IMG/VR virus record: IMGVR_UViG_3300018426_001942
Location: 87,965-151,964 of that record
Length of the DNA: 64,000 nucleotides
Reading direction: 5' to 3' (one strand)
DNA from: a virus
Under the pieces are notes generated by a model. That model saw only the letters and a program-made list of their open reading frames with translations, ran no database searches and was not told the origin of the DNA. This document shows positions 1-9,247 of this stretch, in pieces; position 1 is the first letter of the stretch; each line of letters starts with the position of its first letter. The translations under genes were made by a program, and so were the position numbers.

Positions 1-268
1 TATTCAATGTTTGGGTGTCTTCATTTAGTCCGTGTAGTGTTAGACTTTTCCAGCCTTCGCCGTATTCATCTCTGTGTACATGAAACTTATCTACAAGTGC
101 TTCTGCTTCTGCATACATTTCTTTCCAAGGTTGATTATCTAATGCACTTAATCTAAAACACGGCCAGCCGCTTTCCATTACAACCCATTTAGGATCGAAT
201 TGTTCTGGATATATTATGTCTATTTGCTTATCATTTTCGGACAAATATTTCTCTAATTCAGCATTCAT
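1..268 (-). CDS. Partial CDS (runs off the window start); probable Asp/Asn beta-hydroxylase-like Fe(II)/2OG oxygenase, N-terminal part
   Basis: Not in the ORF track. Hand translation from the ATG at 268 gives MNAELEKYLSENDKQIDIIYPEQFDPKWVVMESGWPCFRLSALDNQPWKEMYAEAEALVDKFHVHRDEYGEGWKSLTLHGLNEDTQTLN with no stop. The 'HR..GWKSLTLHG' segment resembles the N-terminus of AspH-like oxygenases; the catalytic HxD..H would lie outside the window. Confidence 0.6.
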   Translation of the reverse strand, partial: MNAELEKYLSENDKQIDIIYPEQFDPKWVVMESGWPCFRLSALDNQPWKEMYAEAEALVDKFHVHRDEYGEGWKSLTLHGLNEDTQTLN

Positions 269-296
269 GTTTACTTTTTTCTTTACCCCGTGTTGT

Positions 297-308
297 TAAA
301 TATACTTA
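297..308. promoter_or_regulatory. Back-to-back putative late promoter boxes (TAAATA on + at 297-302; TAAGTA on - at 303-308)
   Basis: Located in the divergent intergenic gap 269-336. TAAATA matches the box seen upstream of structural genes in this window. Confidence 0.4.
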
Positions 309-336
309 TGCTAGTTTTTAAGGAGTATGTTTAGTC

Positions 337-1371
337 GTGAGATGCAAATATCTTGATAATCAAATCAATGTTGGCACCAACGGATCATATAGATTATGCT
401 GTATGAGCTTAGAACCCGAAGGCGAATACAATATCAAAACACATACACCACAAGAATGGCACAACAGTGAATTCCATAGAGGTATCAGAGAGCAAATGGC
501 TAGAGGTGAATGGCCTGATGCTTGTAGACGTTGTAAAGAAATGGAAGAACACGGATTACAAAGTCAACGTCAAAAAGAAAGAAGATACGGTCCAGGACTT
601 AGCCATTTAGACTTACGTTTAGGCAATAGTTGTAATTTAAAATGTATTAGTTGCTGGCACATGAGCTCTAGTTCAATAGCAGAAGAAGCCGTTGCTATGC
701 ACCAAGCAGGTGTTACACCATTGCATGGCGTATTAGACGTTCCACACTTTAATTGGGCTGACGACAAAGCATTTGATAAATTACTTGATCTACCAATACA
801 CGAAGTATATATGACCGGCGGCGAACCTATGATGGTAAAACATTTGCCACGCTTTTTAGAAAGGTTAAGTCCAGAAACAATTATACGGTTTAATACTAAC
901 TGTACAATTTGGAATCCTAAATTAGAAAAATTACTTAGGAAATTTAATATGGTAATTATGAGTTTTAGTTTAGATGCGACTGACGATCGCATAAACTATA
1001 TTAGGCACGGCACCAAATGGAAAGAAGCAGAAGAAAATGCAAAACGTTGGGCTGATTTTTGTAAGGTTGATATAAGTCCAACTATTAGTATTTTAAATGC
1101 ATGGTTCTATGATGATATAAAAGAATATGCAGACAAGCGTAATTGGAGCGTCTTTGAAAATTTACTCATGACACCCGACTGGTTACATGTTAAGAATGCA
1201 CCCGACGAATTGAAAGCACAATTTCAAGGTGTAGATAAATGGATGAATGAACCTGCTAATCTACTTAAACAAGAAGAATTTAAATATAATATTAATAAGT
1301 TAGACAGCTGGCGTAAAATGTATATAAAGGATTACCTACCTCCGGTAGCAAAAGCATATGGACTTAATTAA
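337..1371 (+). CDS. Radical SAM enzyme with N-terminal twitch/SPASM-like Cys cluster
   Basis: CNLKCISC (CxxxCxxC), TGGEP and FNTN motifs; N-terminal C..NG...CC and CRRC. GTG start with AAGGAG upstream. Confidence 0.9.
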   Translation: MRCKYLDNQINVGTNGSYRLCCMSLEPEGEYNIKTHTPQEWHNSEFHRGIREQMARGEWPDACRRCKEMEEHGLQSQRQKERRYGPGLSHLDLRLGNSCNLKCISCWHMSSSSIAEEAVAMHQAGVTPLHGVLDVPHFNWADDKAFDKLLDLPIHEVYMTGGEPMMVKHLPRFLERLSPETIIRFNTNCTIWNPKLEKLLRKFNMVIMSFSLDATDDRINYIRHGTKWKEAEENAKRWADFCKVDISPTISILNAWFYDDIKEYADKRNWSVFENLLMTPDWLHVKNAPDELKAQFQGVDKWMNEPANLLKQEEFKYNINKLDSWRKMYIKDYLPPVAKAYGLN

Positions 1372-1813
1372 AACAAATAAACAAAAAAAGCGAAGTGTTT
1401 ACAAAGGCGATGGTTACTATAGAAAACTATGGCATTTTGTAGATATGATATGGCTAGATGAACATGTAAAAATGCTAAACAGTATTGTTCCTAACTATGT
1501 TGTAGACTACGGACATAACGAAGATTCTATGTGGTTAGACACAAAAGAAATAGATGGAGTTCCAGCAAGTACACTAGAACACACACCTGAATTTATAAAA
1601 AGAGTATATAAATTTTGTTTAGAAAATATTGAGCAGACTTTACCCTATGTACATGGCGACTGGGTATTAAGTAATATAATTGTTAACGGTGAAAACATGT
1701 ATATGGTCGATTGGGATAATTGCAATGTATATCCTAAACATATAGTTATAGAAAAAATGCAAAAAGACTTACGTAGTGCATTTGGAGATAAATTTGACCC
1801 CTCAAGCATTTAG
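1358..1813 (+). CDS. Minimal protein-kinase-fold phosphotransferase (APH/choline kinase/RIO-like)
   Basis: Catalytic loop HGDWVLSNIIV and metal-binding VDWD; only 151 aa. Confidence 0.75.
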   Translation: MDLIKTNKQKKRSVYKGDGYYRKLWHFVDMIWLDEHVKMLNSIVPNYVVDYGHNEDSMWLDTKEIDGVPASTLEHTPEFIKRVYKFCLENIEQTLPYVHGDWVLSNIIVNGENMYMVDWDNCNVYPKHIVIEKMQKDLRSAFGDKFDPSSI

Positions 1814-3011
1814 TTACCCGACTGTTGGAAATAACAACATGATTTATTGTGCGCCATACGGCCTTACTGAATCTGTTGACTACATGATTAAGTACAATCC
1901 AACTAATCATTCAATTACTAAAATACCATTATTAGTTGACTCAACTACCGAAAAGTGGCAAAAGGGTATTGTACATAGAAACAAAATTTACTTCCTACCA
2001 TACAATGAAAGCAATATATTGGTATTAGATACTAATGACGATAGCATAGAATACTTAAATTTAGAAAAGAAAGGACAAGGAAAATATATTCAAGGTCACA
2101 TATACGGCAGACACATTATAGCATTACCGTACGGCGAGCACGAACCATTTAATTATGTACTAGACATTGATATGCGTACTAACAATGTAACTACTAGACA
2201 CTTAGCGTTGCCTGATGAAACAAAAAGATGGCATACTACCCAAATGTTAGATGGTATAATTTACGGTTTACCTCGAGGAGAAAACTTAGGAAATACATTT
2301 AATTCAAGGATAGAATACGACTGTTTTAATCGTACTTATAAATTAATAGATATGTTGCCTATACTATATGATTATAAAGACGTAAGACATGCTAATAAAA
2401 AATGGACAACACTTGCAAAAGCAAATGATAAATTGTATGCAGCACCGTATTGTGAACATAAAGAATTTGACCTTCTTGCAATTAGAAAAGAAGGTTGGGA
2501 ATATATACAAACCAAACAAACAGGCACTAGCAGAAAATATTTTTCACACACTGTAACAAAAAATGGTAAAATATTTTTTCCGCCAGCAGGCCACGATGAG
2601 GACTGGAGCGAAATGCTTGTTATAAACAGTATGACAGATGAATGGTATGTTAAAGATTTAGGCATTGGAAAAGAAAGTAAAAAATATTTTGCCGGAGTTG
2701 AGAACAGTAAAGGAAAGTTATACTATATCCCTAGAGGAGGATGTGTTTGCGAGCCAGAGGATACATGGAAAAGCCAAGGTGACTTAGCAGAAATATTAGT
2801 TATTGACACAAACACAGAAGAGCATTATACCATAGACGTAAGTAAATATTTTACAGATAATACTACTATTGAAAAGTATAACCAATGTGTAATTATTAAC
2901 GATATCATATATGCCTTTCCATACGGAGAAAGTGAGAGTTTTCAAACTGTACTAGTATTTGATACAAAAGTTGAAAAAGTTATAAGGACAATAGATTTAA
3001 ATGATGTATAA
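1776..3011 (+). CDS. Kelch-like beta-propeller protein
   Basis: Repeated blade motif [IL]Y..P[YR]G every ~50 aa (IYCAPYG, IYFLPY, IIALPYG, IYGLPRG, LYAAPY, IFFPPAG, LYYIPRGG, IYAFPYG). True start is probably TTG at 1794 (GGAG at 1784-1787). Confidence 0.75.
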   Translation: MHLEINLTPQAFSYPTVGNNNMIYCAPYGLTESVDYMIKYNPTNHSITKIPLLVDSTTEKWQKGIVHRNKIYFLPYNESNILVLDTNDDSIEYLNLEKKGQGKYIQGHIYGRHIIALPYGEHEPFNYVLDIDMRTNNVTTRHLALPDETKRWHTTQMLDGIIYGLPRGENLGNTFNSRIEYDCFNRTYKLIDMLPILYDYKDVRHANKKWTTLAKANDKLYAAPYCEHKEFDLLAIRKEGWEYIQTKQTGTSRKYFSHTVTKNGKIFFPPAGHDEDWSEMLVINSMTDEWYVKDLGIGKESKKYFAGVENSKGKLYYIPRGGCVCEPEDTWKSQGDLAEILVIDTNTEEHYTIDVSKYFTDNTTIEKYNQCVIINDIIYAFPYGESESFQTVLVFDTKVEKVIRTIDLNDV

Positions 3012-4143
3012 AGCATTTGAAGATTTCTACAAAGAAGAAAACATAAAGCACTTATTACTCCTTGACTGGAATGGTATATTAACAAGTCCGCCATTTGCTA
3101 CTGAACAATGTAAAGAGTATGCAGATGTTTGGCGTTTTAAAAAAGATATTATCAAATTAGATCTACCTCCTGCTACTAGTAAAACTAATGCTCCTATTGT
3201 TTTAGATAACGATTTATGGCTTATACCATACGGCATATACGACGAACTTAATATTGTAGTACAAATTAAAGACAACGATGTAGTGTATCACAAATTATCG
3301 TTTGCAGGCAAAGGGCAATTTTACAGTATTGCATCAAACGGTACATCTGCGTTTAGTTTTCCTTTAGGATACGAAGATACTAACTACGGACTGTATATTA
3401 ACGAAGGTAAAGTTAGCGAACACAAACTACCCTACGAAGGCAAAAAATTACATATGGGTACTGTATATTGCAATGGCAGATATTGGAGTATGCCGAGAGG
3501 TGATAATCCCGGGTATAACAAACTACTAAGTTTCGACGGTAATAATTTTGAAAGTTTTGAGTTAGACATCAATAGTAATATTACTAGAAAGTTTAGTGAT
3601 ATAATAGTAAAAGACAATACACTTTACAGTTTGCCTTTCGGCGAAACGCCTGGTATGACAGAAATCGTAGAATTTGATACAACTACTAATAGAGCAATAT
3701 ATCATAATTTAACACTAACTAATGACTTTGCTAAAAAATATAATTGTGGCGTTTTAGTTAATAATAAAATAATTGCATTACCATATGGTGACGAATATAG
3801 CCAAGATAGTAATTGGGGTGTAGTTTTTGATACTGACACGAAAGAAAGTAAAGTTTTTGATATTGGTCTTAACTTTGGTGGCAAGTACAGATATCGTTGT
3901 GGTGTAGCACTAGACAACAAAGCAATATTTTTTCCATCTGGTACACCTAGTTGTCCTATAATGAGTGTAGATGAAAATACAAATATAAAAACATTATATC
4001 TTACTGATTATATGTTAGGTCGTCCGTATGTAAAAAATAATTTAATATGCTGTATGTCATATAGAAAAGCCGATAGACAACACTTTATGTTAATATTTGA
4101 TAGCGAATTAAATTTGCTGGGTAGCTATCAACTCTTTGCGTAG
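3001..4143 (+). CDS. Kelch-like beta-propeller protein (paralog of the upstream gene)
   Basis: Same blade motif repeated: LWLIPYG, AFSFPLG, YWSMPRG, LYSLPFG, IIALPYG, AIFFPSG. Confidence 0.75.
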   Translation: MMYKAFEDFYKEENIKHLLLLDWNGILTSPPFATEQCKEYADVWRFKKDIIKLDLPPATSKTNAPIVLDNDLWLIPYGIYDELNIVVQIKDNDVVYHKLSFAGKGQFYSIASNGTSAFSFPLGYEDTNYGLYINEGKVSEHKLPYEGKKLHMGTVYCNGRYWSMPRGDNPGYNKLLSFDGNNFESFELDINSNITRKFSDIIVKDNTLYSLPFGETPGMTEIVEFDTTTNRAIYHNLTLTNDFAKKYNCGVLVNNKIIALPYGDEYSQDSNWGVVFDTDTKESKVFDIGLNFGGKYRYRCGVALDNKAIFFPSGTPSCPIMSVDENTNIKTLYLTDYMLGRPYVKNNLICCMSYRKADRQHFMLIFDSELNLLGSYQLFA

Positions 4144-5031
4144 ATATATATCACTCAAACAGTAACATTTATCTTTACCGCATGTAATTGTACTATTAGG
4201 TAAAGTATATTTTTCTAAATTACCTATTTTGCCGCCTTGCTGACACTCGGCACGGTATATGTCTCCCCACATATCAATACTAATCATATCTAATCCTGCC
4301 CAGCATTTCCAACCTTTGTGTGCATTAAGCTCATTAACTATTAAGTCATTTGCATTAATATCTTTACCATTTAATAGTAGGCCGCCTCTGTGTAACTTTG
4401 TATCATCTAATTTACGTGTATAAGGCCAATTAGTAATAATGTTTTGCTGTGATGTTGAGTATGCACTAACTTCGTTAGTAGGATATCCTTCAATTTCTTG
4501 TTTATCTAAAATTACCTTTGGCCATATCATTACATTGTCGCTACAATTAAATAAACGTTCTGCAATATCTAATAGTTCATCAAAACTATCAGGTAACATC
4601 ATAAGATTAACAGCAACAGGACAAGTCATTACTTTTATAACTTCTATTATATGATCAATATTAGCAAATTCAGGATGATAACTGATAATCATTCCGTCAG
4701 TGTGTTCTGTTATCTCTGCGAAGTATTCTACTTTTTGACTTGCGTTGGTTAGAAAACTAAAGTATTGGCCTTGTTGTTTTACAAGTTTAGCCATGTCAAT
4801 AAAATGTTTCCAATAAGTAGGTTCGCCGCCTGAAATCCTATAGCAAATTTGTTTGCCATTAGCATCAAAGTTTTCTACAAAATTTTTAACCGTGTCCCAT
4901 TTTTTATGGCCTGTACTTCCGTCATGAAGTCTGCTTGGACAATAAGAACAACGGTAATTGCATTTATTAGATAGTGTCCAACTAACTAAAAACCAATCTT
5001 CTTTTGCAGGGTCTTTGTAAGAAAGTTTCAT
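4108..5031 (-). CDS. Radical SAM enzyme with C-terminal twitch-like domain
   Basis: CNYRCSYC, SGGEPT and LTN motifs; C-terminal CWAG...YRAEC...C....CYC. Confidence 0.9.
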   Translation of the reverse strand: MKLSYKDPAKEDWFLVSWTLSNKCNYRCSYCPSRLHDGSTGHKKWDTVKNFVENFDANGKQICYRISGGEPTYWKHFIDMAKLVKQQGQYFSFLTNASQKVEYFAEITEHTDGMIISYHPEFANIDHIIEVIKVMTCPVAVNLMMLPDSFDELLDIAERLFNCSDNVMIWPKVILDKQEIEGYPTNEVSAYSTSQQNIITNWPYTRKLDDTKLHRGGLLLNGKDINANDLIVNELNAHKGWKCWAGLDMISIDMWGDIYRAECQQGGKIGNLEKYTLPNSTITCGKDKCYCLSDIYLRKELIATQQI

Positions 5032-5684
5032 TCTGCCATTGTGTTATTTAAAATTAGTTGTTGTGTACGTTCATTTAATTTTACTGTTAAAATTAATGAA
5101 TACAGATTATCACTAAAACTAAACACACTGTGATCTAATTGAAAGTTTGTAAAGTAAACAAATCCAGGTTCTGGGTATAATGGCTTGCCGTCTACCATTT
5201 GTACATAATTTTCAGGACTACAACGTCCAAACACTACTAGCAATCTAAAATATTCTGGACTTACACCGTGAAAGTCTCTGTGCGGAGGAAAGAAGCCTCC
5301 TTGGTCAACACGCAATAAATGTACACGACCAATATCTGGTGCAAAAACATCTACTAGTTTTGCAAGCTCAGGAATATTATTATACACCTCTGTTGGTGTG
5401 TTAAAGTTTTCTTCCTTCATTTCTATGTCATGGTATTTCTGCATATGACCAAAACTATTCAAATGGTAATTGTCCATAACATCACCGGTGTGACTTGTTA
5501 CTGGTAACCCCCAGCGATTATTGTGAGTGTCTTTTTTAGCATTGTACGGACACCAATTATCTTTAAACTGTTCTAATTGTTGTTCAACTTGGTGATGGTC
5601 AATATGCCATTTAAGTTTTACTTGGTTACCTAAGTTGACTAAACTTTGCCAACGTAGTCCTCTTTCAATTTCTTCAGGTGTCAT
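5028..5684 (-). CDS. Asp/Asn beta-hydroxylase-like Fe(II)/2OG oxygenase
   Basis: RVHLLRVDQGGFFPPHRD (HxD), then PGFVYFTN...DHSV supplying the distal His; jelly-roll pattern. Confidence 0.75.
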   Translation of the reverse strand: MTPEEIERGLRWQSLVNLGNQVKLKWHIDHHQVEQQLEQFKDNWCPYNAKKDTHNNRWGLPVTSHTGDVMDNYHLNSFGHMQKYHDIEMKEENFNTPTEVYNNIPELAKLVDVFAPDIGRVHLLRVDQGGFFPPHRDFHGVSPEYFRLLVVFGRCSPENYVQMVDGKPLYPEPGFVYFTNFQLDHSVFSFSDNLYSLILTVKLNERTQQLILNNTMAE

Positions 5685-6976
5685 ATATCTCTCAATTCTT
5701 TAAACGTATTTCTAAAGTTTAATTCTCTTGTTTTGTCGCATATTTCTAAGTATTGTACAGCCGCCGGAAGTTTATGTGACCAATCTTCTGAATTCATGTA
5801 ATCAACTAAACCTAACCAACGCATTTTGCCATAAGCATTATTAATAAATTCATGTGTGTTAATACTATTAGCAAACTTACTTATCGTATCTGCGGCTTGG
5901 GCTTTTAAGTCTTGAGGTAGTACTCGCACATTTAAGTAGGACGGTAAGTACACTAAATGTAACCCTATTATACCTCCGCCATATGGCGCACGATTTATTT
6001 TTTTAAAGTTTTGATCTAACTTCCATTGTGCAAGTTCTACTAAACTGTGTACATTAAGAAGTTGTACGGCGCAAGCAAGATTAACAGTTATATGATCTGA
6101 TGTATTATCAAGTAAATGCATATTCTCTACAATACTATCCCACTTACTCGGATGTCTTATGTAATCATTTTTTTCGCCAACACTGTCAACACTAAAGTTA
6201 AATTTTACTTCTTTAAAATATTCCCACATATCAAGCAATCTTTGTGATATGTCTGTAGCATTACTATTATATCTAAGTATACAATCTTTTGCATAACCTT
6301 CGTCTATCATAAATTGTAGTATTGCATAATGTTCCGGTATGAGCAATGGTTCTCCGCCAGCAAAATATAATTCTTTTATATAGTGTGCTTGATTTTTTAC
6401 AGAGTCTAAGAAACTACTTTTCTTGTACCATACATAATCAAAACTAGGATCCCAGCCTTGATCTTGTTTCAAATCTATAAGTTCATATTTTGGATATTGT
6501 AATTTCCAATCTTTAATCCACTTTGAGCTATCATGCGGACTACACATAATGCATTTTAAATTACATAGGTTACCTAATCTTAAATCAAAGTAAGGTATGT
6601 TTACAGGCAACGTGCCATCTTCTTGTGTTTGATCAACAATTTCTTGTACATTGATCCTTTCATTCCATACCTCGGTTTCCCAATTCCTTTTGCTTTTTAT
6701 ACCTTTTGCCTCTTCTTCAAAACATTTTTTACAACTTAAAGGAATTTCATCATTAAGCATTTGCAATCTAGTATTACGCATTTGCTCACTATTCCAAACT
6801 TCTTCGATAGTATGATCACGTAGATTCATGTTAACACCATCTTGTTTAACAAGTCCTACTTCCTTGTTGTCAGTCTTGCCTGCGCCACTAGCGTTTGCTG
6901 TACAACAAACTCTTACATCGCCATTTGGTCTAGTTGCCAAATGTATCCATGGCAAGGGGCAGAATGTTTTACCCAT
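5681..6976 (-). CDS. Radical SAM enzyme with N-terminal twitch/SPASM-like Cys cluster
   Basis: N-terminal CPLPWIH...NGDVRVCC and CKKC; core CNLKCIMC, FAGGEP, YNSN. Confidence 0.92.
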   Translation of the reverse strand: MGKTFCPLPWIHLATRPNGDVRVCCTANASGAGKTDNKEVGLVKQDGVNMNLRDHTIEEVWNSEQMRNTRLQMLNDEIPLSCKKCFEEEAKGIKSKRNWETEVWNERINVQEIVDQTQEDGTLPVNIPYFDLRLGNLCNLKCIMCSPHDSSKWIKDWKLQYPKYELIDLKQDQGWDPSFDYVWYKKSSFLDSVKNQAHYIKELYFAGGEPLLIPEHYAILQFMIDEGYAKDCILRYNSNATDISQRLLDMWEYFKEVKFNFSVDSVGEKNDYIRHPSKWDSIVENMHLLDNTSDHITVNLACAVQLLNVHSLVELAQWKLDQNFKKINRAPYGGGIIGLHLVYLPSYLNVRVLPQDLKAQAADTISKFANSINTHEFINNAYGKMRWLGLVDYMNSEDWSHKLPAAVQYLEICDKTRELNFRNTFKELRDI

Positions 6977-7568
6977 TAAATTTATGTCCTATAATCATAT
7001 ATCTTGTGTACTTAGGTGTTTTAAATTCTCCTACATATGCAACATATACTTTTGATTGCTGTACAAAGTCTTCCATACTTTTTGCACATCTTACGTGTTC
7101 ATCAAGGTCAACATAGTTATTACTTTGTAGTACTACCTTTGTACCTGGTTGAATATTACTTAACCATTTGTCATATTGCTCTTGTGTTAAATGCTCGCAA
7201 CTAGTGTTAATAGCAACATCTGCATCTGTAGTGTACTCGCACATATCTGCTGTTGTGGCAGTAAATCTTCCGTCCATGTGATAACGCATGTTAATAGTTT
7301 CTGCAATAGTTTTACAAACAGGATCAATATCTATGCTTTCTATTTCAGGTATTGCAAGATCACTATTAAAGAGTAAACTTGCAAGTACTCCATTCCAGCC
7401 ACCGTAAATAGCAACATTACCTTGAAGTTTATATTCTTGCATTTGTTCTATTAACCAAAGTTTACTGTGTACTTGGCCTTTCCAAAAACTTTCTAGTGTA
7501 CGATATCGATTTTCGCTGTTACGAATTGCGTCCATCCAAAACAGTACATCTTCAATATCAACTTTCAA
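6969..7568 (-). CDS. Class I SAM-dependent methyltransferase
   Basis: VAIYGGWNG motif I variant, SIDIDP acidic motif II, ADM, INTSCEH. Confidence 0.75.
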   Translation of the reverse strand: MKVDIEDVLFWMDAIRNSENRYRTLESFWKGQVHSKLWLIEQMQEYKLQGNVAIYGGWNGVLASLLFNSDLAIPEIESIDIDPVCKTIAETINMRYHMDGRFTATTADMCEYTTDADVAINTSCEHLTQEQYDKWLSNIQPGTKVVLQSNNYVDLDEHVRCAKSMEDFVQQSKVYVAYVGEFKTPKYTRYMIIGHKFNG

Positions 7569-8544
7569 ATTGAGCTCCTAGTTTATCAAACTTGCCGCAT
7601 TGTTTTTGACATTCTTTTAAACAACCGTTTGACCATGTGTTTTCGATACTACTAAAAAAGTTACTGTCAAATATTTCTTGCAAAGTATGGTTATTAAGAT
7701 TAGGAAAATTTCCTATTTTATCCATGTAATCAATTCTACTTTCACTTACTGGTGGTAGCCATTCTAAATCTAACCAACAACAGGGTGCAATGTTACCGTT
7801 AGCAGCAACATATATAGATTGAGAGTTTTGTGCTTTGCAAGTTATTGTTGGGCTTATTTCTTGTTTTGCTTCTTCTACTATTTTTATAAAACTTTCACTT
7901 GTTTCTGTAGGGTACAAAATATCAATTGTTTTTCCAGTATCATCTAAAACATTAAATTGGCCATTTTTAAATCTACTAGAATTTTTGTACTTAAAATCAC
8001 TAAAGCCTAATTCACTTGCAAGTTGTCTACATTCATCTACTTGATGTTTGTTGTGACGGAACACTAACATATCCCATCTAGCATTGCCGCCTGCATTAAT
8101 AAACGTTTTTGCATTTTCTAGTATAGTGTGAAAGTCTGTGTTTATTCTATAGCGAGAATGTGTATCTTCTAGTCCGTCTATTCCAAATACTACAGTTACA
8201 TCTACACTAGCAAGTTCTTGCCACCATGTACTATTCCTTGCACTACCATTTGTATGCATTTGTAAATTAATGTTAGGATTTACTTCACGCAAGTATTTGT
8301 ATATGTCAAGTGTTTCAGTATTAATAATAGGATCACCTAAGTTACCACACATATTAAGTTTGTCAAGTTGTTGTATAAAACTAACTGAAAACCATTCTTT
8401 GAATGTTTCTAAGGTAATATCATCTAATGTTACATATGGCATCATAGGACCGCCTTGCATACGTCTTGGACACATCGGGCAACGTGCTTGACATCGTGAA
8501 GTAACTTCTAGATGTATGTCTCTTATTTGATCCAACTTATACAT
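7558..8544 (-). CDS. Radical SAM/SPASM(twitch) enzyme
   Basis: CQARCPMC, GNLGDP, HTNG, GIDG; C-terminal CKA...NGNIAPCC...CLKECQKQC. Confidence 0.9.
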   Translation of the reverse strand: MYKLDQIRDIHLEVTSRCQARCPMCPRRMQGGPMMPYVTLDDITLETFKEWFSVSFIQQLDKLNMCGNLGDPIINTETLDIYKYLREVNPNINLQMHTNGSARNSTWWQELASVDVTVVFGIDGLEDTHSRYRINTDFHTILENAKTFINAGGNARWDMLVFRHNKHQVDECRQLASELGFSDFKYKNSSRFKNGQFNVLDDTGKTIDILYPTETSESFIKIVEEAKQEISPTITCKAQNSQSIYVAANGNIAPCCWLDLEWLPPVSESRIDYMDKIGNFPNLNNHTLQEIFDSNFFSSIENTWSNGCLKECQKQCGKFDKLGAQFES

Positions 8545-9247
8545 TGCGCCAACCTTTGTTTAGTTCTTTTATCTGCTCAAAAACATTTGAATTTATTTCG
8601 TGTGTATTTAATGTAGATATTAAGAAGTCTAAATCTTTTGGCAAACATTTACCGTCAAATCCTCTAGTACCATCATGCCCTGGTACATCTAAATATGATT
8701 GTTTTGGTTGCACAGCAAGAAACATATCTTTTATATTATTATAGTCTGCATCAACACTATTTGCTAGATCGTAAAATATATTTGCAAACGCTATACGGAT
8801 TACAGCAAGATTATTTGAAAACATTTTTACAAGCTCTGCTTCTGCTGTAGAACATACTATTATGTCTTCATCATATCTAAGCCATGTCGGAATATCACTA
8901 TCACATCCTACAACCAAAGGACGATTAAGACAGTCTTTTTTCCAATGTCTTTCACGTAAAAACTCCGGCATGTATATTAAGCATGATTTGTTTATCTTTT
9001 TACACGTACCAAGTGGCAATGTACTACGGATTATAACCGTGTCTGCTTTGAGTTTTTCTACTTCACTAATTAAAACATCAATGTCATCTTTTGTGTTAGT
9101 AGGTATACATACAAACACTGTATCTGCATTGTCTAATACACTTCTATCTGTGCCTAATTTAATATCATGTATAACTGTATCGTCAGGTAATCCTAATCCC
9201 AATTTGGTTGCTTTGCCAACAAATCCATACCCTAATATGCCAAACAT
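8537..9247 (-). CDS. ugd: UDP-glucose/GDP-mannose 6-dehydrogenase family protein (short; lacks the C-terminal domain)
   Basis: GYGFVG, FVCIPT, RSTLPLG, PEFLRE, AELVKMFSN, and catalytic GFDGKCLPKD. Confidence 0.85.
   Translation of the reverse strand: MFGILGYGFVGKATKLGLGLPDDTVIHDIKLGTDRSVLDNADTVFVCIPTNTKDDIDVLISEVEKLKADTVIIRSTLPLGTCKKINKSCLIYMPEFLRERHWKKDCLNRPLVVGCDSDIPTWLRYDEDIIVCSTAEAELVKMFSNNLAVIRIAFANIFYDLANSVDADYNNIKDMFLAVQPKQSYLDVPGHDGTRGFDGKCLPKDLDFLISTLNTHEINSNVFEQIKELNKGWRNV

Noticed and set aside
327-356. Short ORF (MFSREMQIS) right after AGGAG, upstream of the first radical SAM, as a possible precursor peptide
   Set aside because: The SD-to-ATG spacing is only 1 nt, and the SD fits the GTG at 337 better.
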